Shown here piece after piece: positions 60,829 to 64,000 of a DNA stretch of 64,000 nt (the first letter of the stretch is position 1; each line of letters starts with the position of its first letter). The notes under the pieces are model-generated. The model ran no database searches. It saw only the letters and a list, made by a program, of their open reading frames with translations, and was not told where the DNA came from. The DNA is from Dehalococcoidia bacterium (GTDB lineage Bacteria; Chloroflexota; Dehalococcoidia; Plut-88900), in NCBI GenBank assembly GCA_965207225.1, contig CBDBLV010000002.1, positions 32,001 through 96,000 on the forward strand, written 5' to 3'. The translations under genes and the position numbers were made by a program.

Positions 60829-62353
60829 CTACTTCCCCCGCGACGCGTTGGCCATATCTCAAGTCCTCCAGGGGTTTGAGACCGACGCCTTCACCGAAAA
60901 GCTTGAGGGTGTACGAGTGGCGATCGCATTCGACGAAGAGGCGGCAACCAGCCGAGACGGGCGCTCCCTCCTTGACCTTACGGTCAGGCTTGCGGCTCGC
61001 CTGTACCCGAGCCTGACGTTTCTGCCGGTCCCTGCCGTCGACGACGTCGCCGAGGAGCTTATTGCGCTGGCCATCAGCATCAATCCCAACATCGAGACCT
61101 CCAGGTCGGGTGTCGCCCACGCTGCGCTCTCTATAGGCGTGGATGCGCCTCCCGTCGATGCGCCAACCGTTTACGCGGGTTGCGACGGCTGGGTTGGCAT
61201 GGTTGGAACTCAAGGATCATACCGCACGAGCGACCAGGGCAACCCCTTTGGAGCTGGCTTTGCGGCCTGTATAGCGGCAGCCAACCTGTTTCGCTTCCTC
61301 TTCCTCCCCGCCGGCGAGGGTTCCCTGGACGCCAACGTCAGTTTTCCTCCCGATGCGGACTCTCTTCCATTGCTGACGGCTTCCGCACTGGCAGATCCCC
61401 TGGTGTTGGTCGGCGTTGGAGCAGTAGGCAATAGCGCCTCCTGGTCTCTGGCGCGGACGCCCCTCACCGGACAGATTCACCTTGTTGACCCGGAAGTCGT
61501 CGAACTGAGCAATCTCCAGCGCTACGTTCTCTGTGGCCGGAGCGACGAAAGCGGCATAAAGGTTGACATCGCCGGCAAAGAGTTTGGAGGCGGGCTAACG
61601 GCGCTTCCTCACAGGGAAACATTCGCCTCCTTCCTCGTGACCAACGGCTACAGGTGGGAACGCATTCTAGTTGCTCTCGATTCCGCTCGTGACAGGAGGG
61701 CGGTACAGGCAAGCCTGCCGCGGTGGATCGCCAACGCGTGGACCCAATTGGGTGATCTCGGCGTGTCCTCTCATTCCTTCTTGGGAGAAGACGCCTGTCT
61801 TGCATGCCTGTACTTGGCGGACCAGAAGACGAAGAGCGAAGATCAGATCATCGCTGAAGGCCTCAGGATTCCCCAATTCCAGACCCAGGTCCGTTTCCTG
61901 CTGGGAAATGGCCAGGCGACCGGCAAAGAAATCTGTGACGCGGTTGCCGGCGCCTGGGGCATACCACCCGAGAAACTTGCTCCCTACGCAGCTAGGCCGA
62001 TACGTGAGCTCTGGGTGGAGGGCATCTGCGGCGGCGGCATAATTCCTCTCGGTGAGGCCGGACCTGCACCGAGAGAGCTGCAGGTTCCCCTTGCCTTCCA
62101 ATCGGCGCTTGCCGGCGTCTTGCTGGCCGCTGAGACTGTGGTCGACGTGTTGACCGCCGGGGCCCGGCGCAAGACCCTGTTGCGCCGGATCGACGTCCTG
62201 CGTCCCCTAGGAGAAGTCGCGCCCCAACCGGCACGTAAGGCAGGGACGGGGACTTGTATCTGTGAGGACAACGACTTTGTCGCTGCCTATCGAGCGAAAT
62301 ACATGCCAGAAGCAGACATCCATGTTGGGGGCGGCTCAGGCCAAGTGGAATGA
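60815..62353 (+). CDS. bilD: E1-like activating enzyme (inactive N-domain plus ThiF adenylation and Cys domains)
   Basis: VGVGAVG, D.EVVELSNLQRY, ALDS..R, CLACLY, GICGGG and C-terminal CIC motifs. Confidence 0.87.
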   Translation: MALADYFPRDALAISQVLQGFETDAFTEKLEGVRVAIAFDEEAATSRDGRSLLDLTVRLAARLYPSLTFLPVPAVDDVAEELIALAISINPNIETSRSGVAHAALSIGVDAPPVDAPTVYAGCDGWVGMVGTQGSYRTSDQGNPFGAGFAACIAAANLFRFLFLPAGEGSLDANVSFPPDADSLPLLTASALADPLVLVGVGAVGNSASWSLARTPLTGQIHLVDPEVVELSNLQRYVLCGRSDESGIKVDIAGKEFGGGLTALPHRETFASFLVTNGYRWERILVALDSARDRRAVQASLPRWIANAWTQLGDLGVSSHSFLGEDACLACLYLADQKTKSEDQIIAEGLRIPQFQTQVRFLLGNGQATGKEICDAVAGAWGIPPEKLAPYAARPIRELWVEGICGGGIIPLGEAGPAPRELQVPLAFQSALAGVLLAAETVVDVLTAGARRKTLLRRIDVLRPLGEVAPQPARKAGTGTCICEDNDFVAAYRAKYMPEADIHVGGGSGQVE

Positions 62354-62431
62354 GCCATCTACCTGTACGGCGTTCGTGTGAAAAGAACCAGGAACTTGGA
62401 GAGCTACAGAATCCCATAGGTTAGGTGCGCT

Positions 62432-62461
62432 TTGACACCACTCTTTCGCCGGTTATACAAT
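62432..62461 (+). promoter_or_regulatory. Near-consensus sigma70 promoter, likely giving a leaderless or near-leaderless mRNA
   Basis: TTGACA (62432) -18 bp- TACAAT (62456), 9 nt before ATG 62471; no SD sequence. Confidence 0.65.
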
Positions 62462-62470
62462 GCCGCCACT

Positions 62471-63142
62471 ATGACTGAGGCTCCGAAAGCATGGGTCGTA
62501 TTCCTGTCGAAACTGATCTCGGAGTCTTCAGACAGAGTTCAGGCTGACCCGCTCTTGCTCAAAGACCAAGACGTTGCGGCGGGCATCCGAGACTACATAG
62601 GTGCTCAGTTACACTCCTCCGATAGTCCGCAGATTCTTGTCTTGGACTTGGGCGGAAGCGCGTACACTCCCTTGGCCTTGCAGGAACTTATCCTCCCACT
62701 CGCTCAGAGGATTCGCGGGGGTGAGTATGGAATCATGCGGCTGGTCATCAGCACTTCAAACCCGGGAGTGGGAAACCACATCCGTTACATGGCGCAAGCA
62801 CACGAATTGCCCCTTTATGTCTCTCCCTCGCCCAACCTATGGGAAGGCCATCCAGTCGGCGGCCTGACAGAAACCGAAAGGGGCACCCTGGACACGATCA
62901 CCGCGTTTGGCGGTCGTCTGACGGCGTCCAGCCTGGCGGCCATAGATAGCATAAGGCCGAGCGCTGCGACGAATAGACTGGTGAATCTGGATCGAGAGGG
63001 CTATCTTCTGCGGCAGCCTCGCGGCCGCCGAGAGGGTGACTTCTACTTCGAACCCCGATCCGCAACAGCGACTCCGAAGGTCTTCGAAGGACCACTTCTC
63101 ATTAGAGAGAACACCACCGGACCCAGTGCGGTCGCCTGGTAA
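62471..63142 (+). CDS. STAS-like plus winged-HTH putative transcriptional regulator
   Basis: LVLDLGG..TPLALQEL STAS-like segment; LTASSLA..SAATNRLVNLDREGYL wHTH. Confidence 0.6.
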   Translation: MTEAPKAWVVFLSKLISESSDRVQADPLLLKDQDVAAGIRDYIGAQLHSSDSPQILVLDLGGSAYTPLALQELILPLAQRIRGGEYGIMRLVISTSNPGVGNHIRYMAQAHELPLYVSPSPNLWEGHPVGGLTETERGTLDTITAFGGRLTASSLAAIDSIRPSAATNRLVNLDREGYLLRQPRGRREGDFYFEPRSATATPKVFEGPLLIRENTTGPSAVAW

Positions 63143-63271
63143 GGGCTGTCCACCGAAGTTCGGCTCGCATCATCAGCAGGTTCAAACGCCGTTCGCAGTT
63201 CGTCTGCCCTGGCGCGATACAGGGGCGGGAACAATGCCGGCCCAGAGCGCGCATCTGCCGTATCGATAGCG

Positions 63272-63434
63272 GTCGTGCCTATCGTCCAGCAAGGCCGGGG
63301 AGGAGGGAGCCGACCTCTCTGTGGGAATGCGCCGCTACGGGCTCACAGGCCCCCGAGCCACAGTTCGAAGACGGTCCTGTCTACCGTATACGTTGGTGGA
63401 TTGAGCCGGACTTACATACCGCCCAGCAGACTTG
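63272..63434. other. Cluster of degenerate att half-sites
   Basis: Arms at 63272-63294 and 63374-63396 (each 17/23 to an element-1 arm); GCCCAGCAGACTTG at 63421-63434 is 13/14 to attL. Confidence 0.65.
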
Positions 63435-64000
63435 GGTGGGCCGGCCAAATCCAGTTCCTCGGAGTCCCCTTCGGGGTTTGGGCTGTCCTTGACGATGGGA
63501 ACCTTATAGTGGATGGTAGCCTTACTGGGCATAACCACGATGTGCCTGACCAAGGTCTGTACGAAGGCCTTTCGATCGGGAAATTTGCTCGCCTCTGGAT
63601 ACTCTGCCGTGCTCAGCGTCTTGGCGGTAATGGTCGCCACACCGTCCCGGGTAGCCCTGCGCTGGGACAGAGTGGCGTTGGCCTCCTGTAGCAAGGCCTC
63701 GAGGCGCGCCCGCTGATCCCTGTTGGCCCTGATCCGTAGAGTGGCGGTGTCGGCCAGGTCGCCGCCGCTGGACTCTATGAAGTCCCAGATCCGGTCAAGT
63801 CGGAGACGTACCTCTTTGAGTTCAGACTCGATGGTCTCGATTCGGCCTCGTTGCTCTTGGATCAACCTATCCAGTTCATTGACCACAACTGTCGTCATAT
63901 CGTCGTTGTCGTCCCTGGTGAGGATGCTGGAACGAATCCTACCAACGATCATCTGCTCGAAGCGGCGAGCATTTAGGCGGGGAGTGTCGCAGGCACCCTT
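63335..64000 (-). CDS. 3' part of another large serine recombinase (continues beyond the window)
   Basis: ACDTPRLNARRFEQMIVG matches integrase ACETPRLNARRFEEMVVG; coiled coil and KAFVQTLVRHIVVMP follow. Confidence 0.8.
   Translation of the reverse strand, partial: KGACDTPRLNARRFEQMIVGRIRSSILTRDDNDDMTTVVVNELDRLIQEQRGRIETIESELKEVRLRLDRIWDFIESSGGDLADTATLRIRANRDQRARLEALLQEANATLSQRRATRDGVATITAKTLSTAEYPEASKFPDRKAFVQTLVRHIVVMPSKATIHYKVPIVKDSPNPEGDSEELDLAGPPKSAGRYVSPAQSTNVYGRQDRLRTVARGPVSP

Noticed and set aside
59470-62353. Ubl-E2-JAB-E1 operon as a novel system by itself, or as a ThiS/MoaD sulfur-transfer operon
   Set aside because: Gene order and motifs match the described type II BilABCD; the E2 and the absence of cofactor-synthesis genes argue against sulfur transfer. 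Only its context is unusual.

Overview
GC-rich bacterial chromosome segment, most consistent with a Dehalococcoidia/SAR202-like Chloroflexota. This is inferred from the several luciferase-like monooxygenases, paired amidohydrolases, CaiB CoA-transferase and thiL-tsaE-tsaB-ndk synteny. Bases 1-43,000 are housekeeping and catabolic genes: pycB-like, icd, mdh, a CCG-anchored sdhAB complex, recN, rsmD, coaD, polA, mutM, a TetR-headed classical menaquinone cluster, rsfS, ndk, tsaBE and thiL, with REP-like intergenic repeats and a sharp G/C skew flip near 37,600. From tRNA-Lys(CTT) at 43,260 to the end is a tandem integration hotspot. (1) A 12.9-kb serine-integrase element (43,328-56,265) whose 50-bp symmetric attP lies inside the integrase gene, so excision would swap the integrase C-terminus; it carries an RHH protein, a double Replic_Relax relaxase, a VirD4-like coupling protein and a frameshifted adhesin/metalloprotease. 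(2) A ~7-kb defence island in which a CBASS (patatin effector plus a CD-NTase fused in frame to an E2-like/SEC-C domain) is transcribed back-to-back with a complete type II Bil ubiquitin-like conjugation operon (Ubl-E2-JAB-E1), followed by a STAS-wHTH regulator. (3) The 3' end of a further related recombinase. The cyclase-E2 fusion, its pairing with Bil, and the att-driven integrase tail switch are the best candidates for new biology. All calls come from motif recognition by eye; no searches were run.
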